This document shows positions 22,363 to 34,456 of a DNA stretch of 64,000 nucleotides, in pieces. The translations under genes were made by a program, and so were the position numbers. Location: contig JBHGNT010000002.1 of assembly GCA_043228905.1 (NCBI GenBank), positions 11,904,001 to 11,968,000 of the forward strand, in the 5' to 3' direction. Each line of letters begins with the position of its first letter. The stretch's first letter is position 1. The notes under the pieces are model-generated. The model was not told the origin of the DNA and searched no databases. It worked only from the letters and a program-made list of their open reading frames with translations. The stretch comes from Azolla caroliniana (taxonomy: Eukaryota; Plantae; Polypodiophyta).

Positions 22363-24849
22363 CGTCCTTGGCTGTGTTGGTACACGTACCTTGGCTTTTC
22401 CTCGTCGGAAGGTAATTATATTTTTCCTCCAATTCTGTTTGATATGTGTCGTTTTCAACCACGGCCGCCCCAGCAATAGCGGGTACGCGCCTTGTGGCTG
22501 TAGTTGTAGCACTACTACCGAAATGTGAAATGTATGACCGCCAACGGTGACTTCTAATTTTCGTATTAATCCTGCCGGCCGCACTGAGCTTGTATCGGCC
22601 ATCCGTAACCAGAACGGACACGGCTCCCACTCGTGGATTCCCTAGGCATCACACGTCCGGAGGCTTATTACATTCACACCGAAGCCTCCGTCTATTACTG
22701 TGCCGGGGAGTTCTTTCCCTTTTACAATGGCAATAATTACCGGACTGTTGGTGTCCACCACCATTGGTCCCTCCTCCGAATTCGAGAAGAGTACCAGTGC
22801 CGGTGATGATTCTCCTTCCGTCATGGCTGTCTTCAGTCCTTCCGTGAATCTCGGCACGAGCTGTAGGAGTCTTCCTAGTGGCAGCGTAATCTGGCATTCT
22901 TGCAACGCCTGCCATGTCTCGTTCTCGGAGTGACTGCCGCCAGCAAGCCCTACGGTGTTCTCCTTTTGCCGTTGTAAGTCTGTTACGTTTTGCTCGTTTG
23001 CTTTCTTCACTCATTCCGTCGCTTGCTTCCGGATGGTCTCCTGCGTCTCCCATTCCTTGGCCATGCCCTTCGACCTTGTGGTCACCTGTTGCAGATTTGC
23101 CACTTCAAGGACTACCATATTTACTGCCGGTCGTTTGTCATAGCTCTTCGCCGGGCATTGATTACTATAATGGCCACAGTAGGCTTTCCGAGTATTGCTG
23201 GATTCGGCATTGTTTGTTGTACCAGAGGCAGGTCCTGTGGTAAGCGTGGGGTTTTGGGCCGGTTGGCTGCTTGAAGCTCCTTGTTCCGGATCCCGTGGGT
23301 GGCCGCCTTTTTTGAAATGTCGTTTTTTGTTATAGTTCTTCTTATTGCGGTACTCTTGACGAGGTTGGTCATTATATCTACCGTATTCCTCCTGTTGCTG
23401 ACGATACCCGGGGGAGTGCTCCCGGTCGTAATGTTCGTATCGTCTATTGTAATCCCGGTACCGATCATATCTATCGTACCGGTCGTAGTTATCCCGCCGA
23501 TCACCGTACCAGACATCATTCTCCCGTCGATCGCCATACCGGACATCCTGTGTCGGTCGGTCGCGGTCCATTCGCCGCTAGCGTTCCTCTTCTTCATCCC
23601 GGCTGCTGCGTGGCTCTATTTGTCGGACGGGCGGTGCTTGCCGGTTCAATAGATTATACTCGCACCTATCCGTCGTATGGCCCTTGGATTGACAGATTAC
23701 ACATTGCGTCCTCATAGTGCATTCTAGTGCCGAGTGTCCGGAATTCAAGCAGGTTGTGCATTGTATTGCTTGCTGAAACCGGAGGTCTTCATCGGACGGT
23801 AACGCCCGTTTGAGTGCTCCTAGTGTGAGCCAAGAGCTTGTCTTTTCCATCTCTCTCACCCGGTCAATGACCTGGTCGATTGTACTTGCGCGGAAGTCAA
23901 TTACCGTGCAAACCGTGCGTAGGGGTTCCCGGAGCGCATTTAGGAATATAGTCCGTAATTCCTCCTCCGGGGGTGCGTGGGCAAGCTGACTATGCATCCG
24001 TTGAAACCAGATGACAAACTGGGGAATGCTCTCCCCTGCCTCTTGTCGGATGGTATAAAACAAGCCCACCATTACTGTCTGGTCCACCTCCTTGTGGAAA
24101 AAATGCAAGAATTTAGCTTTTAAATCTGCGAAGGTGGTGATGGTAGACGGGTCCTGCGTCCAGTGCCATCTTGTTGTCAGTCCCTCCAATGTGACGCCAA
24201 ATTCCGCTATCTTAGAGCGTTCCTCTTCCTCCGGGGTCAATCGCTGGGACACATGGTTTACTTCCCATGTCTGTTCAAAGGCATGAACATGAGCTTCCAC
24301 GTTCGGATCATCTCTACACTTGGAGTACTGGAACGGCATGTCGTCGTCCGGTATCGGTGGTCTTTCCTCTTCTTTTGGTGACGGAGGCCTCTCCTCCTCG
24401 ACTTCCGGTGTCGGAGGTCGCTCTTCCTCTGCTTATGGTTCCGGAGGTTCCAGCCTTAGCACTTCTGGTTCCGGTGTCGGTAAGGTGTCCGATCCTTCGT
24501 CCTCCGGTTCGCCCAGGGTGTCGTTGCTGCTACAGTAGTTTGTGTGCACGCTATATCCCCCTTCGGAATCCGATTCATACGCTGAAAAGGCTTCTACTTC
24601 ACCTTCTCCGCTTGCCAACGCCTGGAGAAGGGATTCGGTTTCCCGGAGGCTGCTTAGGCTGCTGTTGTCGTCCGGGTGCGATGTTTGCTGTAACCAGAGG
24701 GACTCCTCCGCTACTCTCCGGATTACGTTGGAAAATGAGCGATCCGCTCTAATTTCCTGCGCCGCTTGCTAGAAAGCCTCACGTCTCCTTTGCCTTTTGG
24801 CAAGGCGTCGAGTTCGATCTATAACCAGGTCGTGCGTTGATCTAGTCAT
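22363..24849 (-). pseudogene. Host Gypsy gag and aspartic protease, with premature stops
   Basis: Retrotrans-gag-like region (IRQEAGESIPQF), tandem knuckles CTTCLNSGHSALEC and CVICQSKGHTTDRC, protease VIDGGFGVN...LLLGRPW. Confidence 0.9.
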
Positions 24850-24884
24850 CCATTCATGTCGTCATTCGCTGCAAAAACAGGAAT

Positions 24885-24895
24885 CGTGGTCGCCA
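24885..24895 (-). promoter_or_regulatory. PBS of host Gypsy, probably tRNA-Arg type
   Basis: TGGCGACCACG lies a few nt inside the LTR end. The tRNA identity is recalled from plant tRNA-Arg 3' ends and was not searched. Confidence 0.6.
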
Positions 24896-24902
24896 AAAAT
24901 TG

Positions 24903-25347
24903 TGTTAACTCTTAGGGCCGAACAATGGCCTAACACAGGGTGTCTACGGAAGACACTTCACCAAAGGGGTGTTACGGCAAGAGGATTAGGCGCAACGATT
25001 AATCCGACTTAATTAGGTTACTTAGCAAGATCGTCCTTAATAATCACACGCGTAAGATATAACAATGAATGCAGAACGACAATTAACACAAAGAGATAAA
25101 AACACTAAGCTTCATTAATTATCCGCTCAACATTACATTGTTTCCGGGCCTTTAAATAGGTTTCCGGTTTTTAGTACAAAACGGTGCCATCCGCACCTGT
25201 TCGGGATCGGTCCGGATCCGGAACGGCATACCGATTCCGGTCTGTCCGTCCACACTAATAGCTCACTTACAACCATTTACAACCATTCCTTAATAATTAA
25301 ATAACTCCTTCGTTTCACACTCTGGACTCCTTTGCCGGCCGGTAACA
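24903..25347 (-). repeat. 5' LTR of host Gypsy
   Basis: Inverted termini TGTTA...TAACA next to the PBS. The partner LTR is not in the window. Confidence 0.75.
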
Positions 25348-26067
25348 AAATGTAGGGCATGCCACCTTTGACTTGATGGCGAACAACGTGACCTGTCTAG
25401 ATAGCCTTGGGCGAAGTGCCCAAGTCCCCATCTCCTTATAGCAATTGCAATGTTTGGTGTCCCGCTTCAATGCGGCTCTTGAACCCCTCCTCAATCCATG
25501 TTGTCATGTTGCTAGTGTCATGATATGGCAAGACTCAAACCCATGACCTTATGTTACATGGGTCAAACTCTTGACCATTACACTATCTATTGTAATACGT
25601 GCAATATTATTTTATTTAGGTTTTACTATAGAAAATTAATGTATATTCCAGATTTCTCTGGAACATTCTAGAAGCTTCGGGACTACTCCTGAGAACACTA
25701 TAAAAGGAGGCACAAGGCATTATTTCGAACCAAATCGGTTCAATGCCAGCCTTAAGCCTCCTAGCCTTCCTTGTATATTCTTCTCACATAATATATTGTT
25801 GTCATCACCATTTTCTCTCCCACTCTCACTCTCACTCTCTCACTCTCTCTTCTCTCGAGTGTTCTACACCCTCTATTACTCTTAGTACTAATTTCTTCTC
25901 AGTCTTTGTACTATTCCTGACAATTTGAACTGATTTCCCCTCCTTCCGTCTCCTCCTCTTCCTTTTATCTTCTTACATATCCCCTTTTTTCCAGTCTTCT
26001 TTCCGGTTTCCCTCATCTTCTTACCCCTTTTTCCCTTCATACTAATCCTCTTATCCTCCCTAGTAAA

Positions 26068-27197
26068 ATGGAATACCAATCTGTTTTCTCGAAGCTCTAG
26101 TGCTTAAAAGAGAAATTTGTAGCACTAGAACAAGAAAATCATCGTTTGTTGGGGGATCTTCAACAAATAGCGCTGGAAAAACAACAACAACAACCACACG
26201 GGGAGCTGAAGTTACGTGTACAACAACTTGAAGCGACTATTGTATCACTACAACAACAAGGATCAAGCACTCAAGGGATTCACAAAGAACCCAAGATCGG
26301 TCTTCCTGCAAAATTTGATGGGACCCGATCACAATTTAGAGGTTTTCTGAATCAGGTACGTTTAGTGATTCAAATGCATCCTTCTCGATAGCCCACCGAT
26401 GCATCACGAGTGGGACTAGCAGGCACTCTACTTAGTGGCTCAGCATTGGCATGGTTCACTCCGTTGTTAGAAAAGGAATCTCCATTACTAAACAATTTTG
26501 CAGAATTTATAAGTGAGTTAAAGCCTGTTTTGGAGATACTAACAACATAAGGACAACAATCAACAAAATCCGACGATTACGCCAAGGTGATCGTCTAGCC
26601 TCCGCATACGCTATAGATTTTCGCCTATTCGCTGCTGATATCCCTTGGCATGATCAAGCATTGATGGAGCAATTTCTTTATGGTTTACGCAACGATGTCA
26701 AGGATTTACTCTTGACCTTCCCCGAAGAACCAAAGTCATTAACAAGAGCAATCAATCGTACGGTGAGATGCGACAACCGCCTTTTCGAATGACGTTCGGA
26801 ATGGAAATTCTAGATGCCAAGGGCAAGATCAGAGCCCACATATGCCTTAGTGGTAGCGAAACCTTTTCCAAGGGAGTCATATAATGCGTCTCCAATGAAA
26901 ACTCCGACTCCAATGGAGATTGACACTACACGTCGTCACGGACCATTATCGGAACAAGAAAAGTAGTGACGTCGAGCAAATCGACTATGTCTTTATTGCA
27001 GTGGACTAGGGCATATTGCAGTAAATTGTCCCCATAGGCCAAGAAGACAGGTAAACCAAATAGTTGCTAGTTCTAATTGTACTAAACCCGGGTCTATTTC
27101 AGTAGGAATATCTGATAGCCCTAATAGTACTAATAGCCCAAATCTAGCGAACAAATTTGATGTCCTTAGTTAGTTAGAAGAAGAGTTAAACGACTAA
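26068..27197 (+). pseudogene. Chromovirus gag
   Basis: EPKIGLPAKFDGTR, PTPMEID, CLYCSGLGHIAVNC, with multiple stops and frameshifts. Confidence 0.88.
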
Positions 27198-30100
27198 GTC
27201 CAACCAAAATAGGAGCCGTTTGGTTGGACAGCCCTAGATCTGTGCAGCCCATTAGTGGTTGCATTCCCTCTAAGCAAGTTAGCAACGTGCTCGTAGCCCA
27301 AGTAACAGTTAGTACTAAAAGTACCCCTCCAGTACATGTCTTACCACTTCTAGATTCCGGAGCTAATTCTTGCTTCATGGATATGAATTTTGCCCAAGCT
27401 CATCAGGTATCTCTCAGAAAACTCCCGTGTCCAGCCTCTGTAGTAGTCATTGATGGTCGTCCCATTGCTTCCGGAAATATCATAGAAGAGTCAGCACCCG
27501 TTAATATTGTCCTAGATAATCTAGTGTGTGTAGTATCATTTAATATAATTAGTATCCTACAACATCCCATTGTTTTAGGATTACCATGGTTCGAATTACA
27601 TGACCTAGACATAGATTGGAGAACAAGAGAAATCCGGTATCGACAAGCCCGAGGATCTACTCATAAGATTGCAACCATTTCGCTACATCAATTGCGGGAA
27701 GAAGGACGCAAGGAAGAAATGTTTCTCTTTGCAATATCAGTAAAACCCTCCAACACCACCAAAGAGGAGTCCACCGTTCAACTTCCAAAGAAGTATCATC
27801 ATTATGCCGATGTGTTCGATAAAGTACAAGCCAATACGCTTCCTCACCATCGACCGTATGATTGCCCCATCGATTTACAACCGGGAAAAGAGCCACCATG
27901 GGGACCGATCTACAATTTGTCACCAACCAAGCTAGAAGTCCTTCGAGCCTATATAGAGGATAATTTGGAAAATGGTTTCATTCGGCATTCGAAATCTCCA
28001 ACCGGCGCACCCATTTTCTTCATCAAGAAAAAGGATGGATCACTTCGTCTCGTTGTAGATTACCGTGGCTTGAATAAGGTCACCATCAGAAAAATGTATG
28101 CACTTCCCCTTATCTCAAGTCTTTTAGAATAGATCAATGGTGCAAGGTTCTTCACGAAGATCAACTTACGGGGGGGAGCATATAACCTTGTATGGATCCG
28201 ACCAGGAGATGAATGGAAGACCGCGTTTCGCACCAGATATGGGCACTTCGAGTATACGTCATGCCGTTTGGCTTCACTAATGTGCCAACAGTCTTCCAGC
28301 ACATGGCAAATGATGTATTCCGAGATCTCTTGGATGTTTGTTTGATCATCTATTTGGATGATCTACCGGTTTATTCGAAGATCCAAGAAGAACATGATTC
28401 TCATGTACTATTAGTACTAAAATGACTTCGAGAACATGGTCTTTATGCAAACCTGGAAAAATGTAGTTTCGGGTGCAACCAGGTGGAATTTCTCGGCTAT
28501 GTCATCTCCTCGAAGGCATCTCCATGAATCCAGGTAAGGTCAAAACGGTGGTAGAGTGGCAAACTCCGCGTTCATTGTGAGATGTGCAATGCTTTTTAGG
28601 CTTTGCCAATTTCTACCACAAGTTTATACATGATTACTCAAAGCTTGTTCTGCCTCTCACACAACTTACTAAGAAGGGACAATCGTTCATTTCGTCTGAA
28701 GAAGCGGACATGGCTTTTGAGAATTTTAAGAAGGCATTTACATCGGCTCCTATTCTAGCTCACGTTGATCCGGAAAAACCATTCATCATGGAAGCGGATG
28801 CATCGGAATTCACATTGGGTAGCATTCTGTCACAACAAGGTAATGATGAAAAGCTACATCTTGTGGCTTTCCACTCACGCAAGTTTGACACCGCCGAAAT
28901 CAACTATGAAATTCATGATAAGGAGCTATTAGCAATAGTGGACTCTTTTACGCAATGGAGGCATTTTCTAGAGGGATCCTCTCATCAAGTCACTGTATTC
29001 AATGATCACAAAAACCTTGCCTACTTTCAGAGTGCTCATGTGTTAAATTGACGTCAAGCTCGGTGGGCCCAATTCCTCACGCATTTCGACTTCAAAATTA
29101 CATATCGTCCGGGGAAGCACCAAGGGAAGGCAGATGCATTATCACGGTGTTCGTATCTAGCACCGCGTCCCGACGAGCCAGCTTTTGATAACCAAAAGCA
29201 AGTAGTCTTGGGACCGGCACGACTGCAAGCAACACAAGTCTTCAGCAGGCCTTTGGATTCCAACGTTATCGATACCATACGTGAGGACTTGAAGACATAT
29301 GCTTTCGCCCAAGCCATTGGAGCACAAATTGATCCCTCTTGAGCATCTTGTTCACAGTCGCAACAACCAGGTACGGACTATCGACAATTCAAATGTCATG
29401 ATGGATTACTATTCTTTAAGAAACTCTTGTACTGTCATGACACATATACATCTGGGCATTTTGGTAGTACTAAGACATTAGATTTAGTACAACGGTCATT
29501 ATGGTGGTCCTGTATGCGACAATTTGTCAAAGATTTTGTTCGGACTTGTGATACATGTTGTAGAGCAAAAATGCCAAGGCATCATCCATACCATTACTTA
29601 TTAGAACCATTACCAATTCCAAGCAAGCCGTGGCAATCCATTGCTCTAGATTTCATCACAGATCTTCTAGTCTCTAAGGGATTCAATGCGATTTTAACAA
29701 TAGTAGATCGATATACAAAGATGGCTCATTTCCTGCCATGTACTAAGGAAATCTCTAGTGAAGAAACCGCCGAAATTGTCATGCGTGAAGTATGTCGGCA
29801 TCATGGCCTTCTTGATAATATCATCAGCGACCGTGGACCCCAGTTCGTCTCGAAATTCTAGAAGCACCTTTTTTAAATGCTCAAGGTCACTTGTAACCTC
29901 TCCTCCGATTACCACCCGCAAACCAACGGCCAAGCAGAACGAACAAATCAAACGTTGGAACAGTATCTTCGGTGCATTCTAAGCTATCATCAGGATGACT
30001 GGGCGGATATTCTCCACTTCGCCGAATTTGCCTATAATAACTTTCTCCACTCATTAACTAAAGTTACGCCATTTTATGCTTATACGGGTTGTCACCCCCG

Positions 30101-30746
30101 GTGGTGTGTATTTGAAACCCCAGTGTTACCCACAAATCCTTGCGCAGAGGATCGTTTGGAGCGGTTACGCAAGATACAAGCAGATTTATCTACTCATCTA
30201 CAACAAGCTCAACAAACACACAAGGTTTACGTGGATCGTCATCGGCTTCCATACAGTTTTAACATTGGAGATCGGGTATGGCTACTACGACGACACATCA
30301 AGACTACTCGCCCATGCGAGAAGTTGGATTATCGGCGATTAGATCCTTTCCGTATTATCGGAAAGATTAATGATGTCGCTTTTCGTCTCGATCTACCCTT
30401 GCATCTTCGCATACATCCGATGTTTCATAGTTCTCTCCTCGAACCCTATCAAGACAGCACCATCCTAGGACGTATTCCACAACCTCCACCCCCAATCGAA
30501 CTTGAAGATGGACCTGAGTACGAGGTTGCCATCATCCTCGATTCCAAGATTGTTCGCAACAAGCTCTACTATTTAGTCGATTGGCTAGGATATAGTCCCA
30601 ACGAGCGTACTTGGGAACCAATAGAGAATGTGACCAATGTTCGTGCTCTTCTTGAAGACTTCCATCGTCAATATGCAGATAAAACGGGCCCTCAATCCAA
30701 AACGACTCGTGACACTTGTCGTTTTAAAGGGGGGATAGTGTCATGA
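27185..30746 (+). pseudogene. Chromovirus pol (PR-RT-RH-IN-chromodomain)
   Basis: LLDSGAN, VDYRGLN, IYLDD, EADAS, ISDRG, NGQAER, and chromodomain EYEVAIILDSK..YYLVDWLGYSPNERTWEP. The frame is disrupted. Confidence 0.94.
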
Positions 30747-31198
30747 TATGTCAAGACTCAAACCCATGACCTTATGTTACATGGGTTGAGCTCTTGACCA
30801 TTACACTATCTATTGTAATATATAAAATATTATTTTATTTAGGTTTTACTATAGAAAATTAATGTATATTCCAGATTTCTCTGGAACACTCTAGAAGCTT
30901 CAGGACTACTCCTGAGAACACTAGAAAAGGAGGCACAAGGCATTATTTCGAACCAAATCGGTTCAATGCCCGTCTTAAGCCTCCTAGCCATCCTCGTATA
31001 TTCCTCTCACATAATATATCGTTGTCATCATCATTTTCTCTCCCTCGATGTCTCACTCACTCTCTCTCTCTCTTCTCTCAAGTGTTCTACACCCTCTATT
31101 CCTCTTAGTACTAATATTCCTCTCTTAGTACTAATTTCTTCTCTGTCTCAGTACTATTCCTGACAGCTAGTTGGTTCTTGTCAAGGATAGTGGAAAAT

Positions 31199-31995
31199 AA
31201 GAACTACATTTAGTATGTAAGGCAGCTAGGCACTCGACAAGATTTCGCATTAAAACATGTCATGTGATCAACGACTGGTAAGCATTTATATTTTCCTTAT
31301 ATTTTGGTTTAACGGAGGGCACTATTGCATGTGTGTTTTTCTAAGTTAAAAAAAAGATAACCTTGTGTGTTTTTCTTCTTCTTTTTCATTATTGGTATAA
31401 TGATTTCCATATGATATGTGGCTTACATATTTTATTTAACTTATTGTATTACTTTTATTATGAAGTCTTGCCAAGAACTACAACTTATAGAATGTGAGGG
31501 ATTCGGGCCCTTGACGAGAATTGGCACTAAAACATGCCATGTCGTCAACAATGCATAAATTTCGCTATTTTCCTTGTATTTTGGTTTCACATGGGGCATT
31601 GCGAGTAGTTGGGGGAGTTAGTTTTTTTAGTGAAATAGAAGATCTTTAATGTTCCTTTTCTTTTTCATTTCGTTATCAATATAATGATTTTCATATGATA
31701 TGTGCCTTGCATATTTGGTTTCACTTATTCAAGGACTTTCATGCACGGGTCTTCCCAAGGATAAGAACTACAACATGTAGTGTGTGAGGGACCCAAGGGG
31801 CAAACAAACATACCATGTGATCAAGGGCAAGAATTTCTATTTTTCTAATATTTGCGTTTAACATAGAGAATTGCCACTAGTTGGGGAAGTTATTTTTCAT
31901 CGTGAAAAGTGGATCTTGCATGCTGCTCTTCTTTTCCATTTCATTGTCATTATAATGATTTCCATAAGATGTGTGCCTCACATATTTGCTTTCAC
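31199..31995. repeat. Degenerate AT-rich tandem repeat, about 3 units of 275-290 bp
   Basis: AAGAACTACA recurs at about 31199, 31473 and 31763, each followed by AAACAT.CCATGT-like and TATAATGATTT.CATA.GAT.TGTG blocks. Confidence 0.75.
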
Positions 31996-33948
31996 TCATT
32001 TAATGGCTCTTATACAATTTGAGGGGGAATATTTACGCTTGACTCCTTGCCTCCATCCATCCATCCCTCCCTCTTGAGAGTTCCCCGTATGATTTCTTTT
32101 CTTTTCTTTTAAGGAGAGAAACCTTTTTTTACCAAGTTTCAAAGGCTTCCATGTTTTAGTGCCTTATTAGATAACCTTAGAAATAATGATAAAGATGGTC
32201 TAAGGAAAATTGATCCTTGAAAAGATTGGTAATATTATCAAACAATTTGAAGTTTTACAAAAGTAGTAATCCTTGGCCTGTAGAGAAAAGTTACTCATCA
32301 AGTTATTTTGTGTTGTTATCCATCGTAGTCTCCTCCTCTCAAAGATATCTATCATTTATTAATTTATTCATTATCTATTTTGCAACAACATACATAGTTC
32401 CAATGGGTATGGGACATGATGTCAACTTGAGTTGTTAAAGAGTTCAAAATACCTAGCATCTTTCATCAAGAAGCAAAACTAGCCCTTCATCATAAGTACA
32501 TGATATTCTTGGTAATATGTATTGCATTGCCAAACAAATGGTAAAGGCAACCAACCTGTGCATGCGTTTCACCTTTTAATCTATATTCAATATTTGATGA
32601 AAAGTTCATGAACCTTTTGGACGATTTGGAGACTCCATCTTTGGAGTTTGCTTGAAAGTTGAGGGTACTTTTGGGTCTAAGGTTGATTTGCTTTATGCAC
32701 GAAGCTCGAGATTAATTTTCGCAAAGGGTGTACATTATTATTTATTTAACTTTTCAGGACTCCAAGGTTAGGTTGGCACCTATCAATCAATCAATCAATC
32801 AGGACATTAAACCACATCTTCACACACACTGCCGAAAAACATTTTTACACGTGAAAGTTCCAAGGCAAAAAAATAGTGCCATAACTTTGTTTTGACCCAC
32901 TACTCAAACTTGAAACAACCCCAAACTTAAAATCTGTGACGTCCATTAATCTTTTATCCACGTGCCGGTTATTACGGGTCTGCATGGGTGTGAGCGCGTG
33001 TTTGTATGTACATAATACATACATATGTGTGTTGGGGGGGGGTGGTTTCTATGTGGTTATTGTTGATTGAAAGTTGCGAGTGCTTCCGCCAATTTTACCA
33101 ACCTCAAGAATGAATGAATGTTCACTACCAAGGATCTCATCTCAATATGTACATAGTCGAAGAAGACTTCATCAAGATTCACACCACATCCTCATCAGCC
33201 TCCCTCCATTTGTTGTGTTGATCTCTCTCATTACTTGAATGTGTTCGACAATTCAAGATATGTAGATAGATAGATAGATAGATAATCTTGTGGACGAGTG
33301 AGTGAATGCATAGAAGAGCTAGAAAAAGCATCATGTTTCATAAACCAATGCTAATAAACTAGTTTACATGATGTTACATACAGATTAAGACAGCTGCAAT
33401 ATAGGCTTTGGAGGTTAGAAAAACCAACTTTATGGAGAGGGCAAGGGACGAGTGGGTCAATAAAAAGGCACATCCTTATTATTATATCAAGGTCCTCCGG
33501 TCTACGCAAATGCAAAAAAGCAAAGCCAGCCAGCCACACTTAAAAGTGCCCAGGACAACAAGGTAGTGTAGAGAGAGAGAGAGAGAGTATGCACGCGCGC
33601 GCGCACACACACACATTCATTTTATGAGAGAGTTGAATTGATGCAATAAAGCGAGCGAGCGCCACACATACATACATATATGATATGTATATATGTATTT
33701 TGATCCAAAAGTAAAACATTCCGGACTTTAGGAAAATAAGAATTTGTGGGTAGGGGGGATTTAAATAAGCAAACAAACAAACGAAGAAGGGATTGAATGA
33801 CCCCCCCGGGTCCCACAAACCCACCAACCCCAAACCCAAAGAAATAAATATTATTATGTAGTTTTTATGAGAATATGTATGTAGAGGCTGAGCTGTAGCT
33901 CCCCGATCTTTTGGTATTCTTCCTTTTGAATTTATGGCGCCTGCAATG

Positions 33949-34113
33949 CACGTGTACACGTGTCAAGGACGTGAGAGAGGGATGAGAGGCATGCGGATGG
34001 GGGGGTCCCCACATCGCACGTGCGGCCAGCTGGAAGGCTCCCCTTCGCACGTGCCGAATGTGACTTTCCTTACCCTAGCTGCGGGTTCCTGGTCCCCGCC
34101 CCACCCGCACGTG
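33949..34113 (+). promoter_or_regulatory. Cluster of five CACGTG G-boxes, probable promoter/enhancer of the BZR gene
   Basis: CACGTG at 33949, 33957, 34017, 34048 and 34108, followed by TA-rich and CT-repeat sequence typical of plant core promoters and 5' UTRs. Confidence 0.55.
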
Positions 34114-34387
34114 CTCCCCCCCCCCCCCCTCTCTCTCTCTACTCTCTTACAATATAATATCGTATATGTATATATTATTATGTATCCCTTCATCCTCCCG
34201 TAACACGCAATAACCCCCCCCCTTTCTCTTTTTTTTTTCCTTACTTTGTCGTGTCTCAATGACGACCCTCTTTCTTTCTTTTTCCTTCTCCTTCCTTTTC
34301 ACACATTGTGTTTCCCATCCATCACCCACTTGGGTTCGATCCTTGTTTTATGCATTCATTCATTGCCTTCATCTTCTTCCTTCTTCC

Positions 34388-34400
34388 ATACACACACACA

Positions 34401-34453
<53 letters not shown>
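34388..34453. repeat. (CA)n(CT)n microsatellite
   Basis: Direct reading. Confidence 0.95.

Positions 34454-34456
<3 letters not shown>

Larger units (their letters stand above)
1..25347 (-). mobile_element. Host Ty3/Gypsy LTR retrotransposon (non-chromovirus, Athila/Tat-like), interrupted by three nested elements; 3' end lies outside the window
   Basis: The minus strand carries LTR (25347-24903), PBS, gag, protease, RT, RNase H, integrase and an extra ORF in Gypsy order. Coding segments rejoin across each nested insertion once its TSD is removed. Confidence 0.93.
25516..31165 (+). mobile_element. Full-length chromovirus (Ty3/Gypsy, Tcn1-like), decayed
   Basis: LTRs 25516-25922 and 30739-31165 (TGTCA..TGACA), TSD GCTAG on both sides, PPT AAAGGGGGGATAG, and a C-terminal chromodomain. 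Confidence 0.96.
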
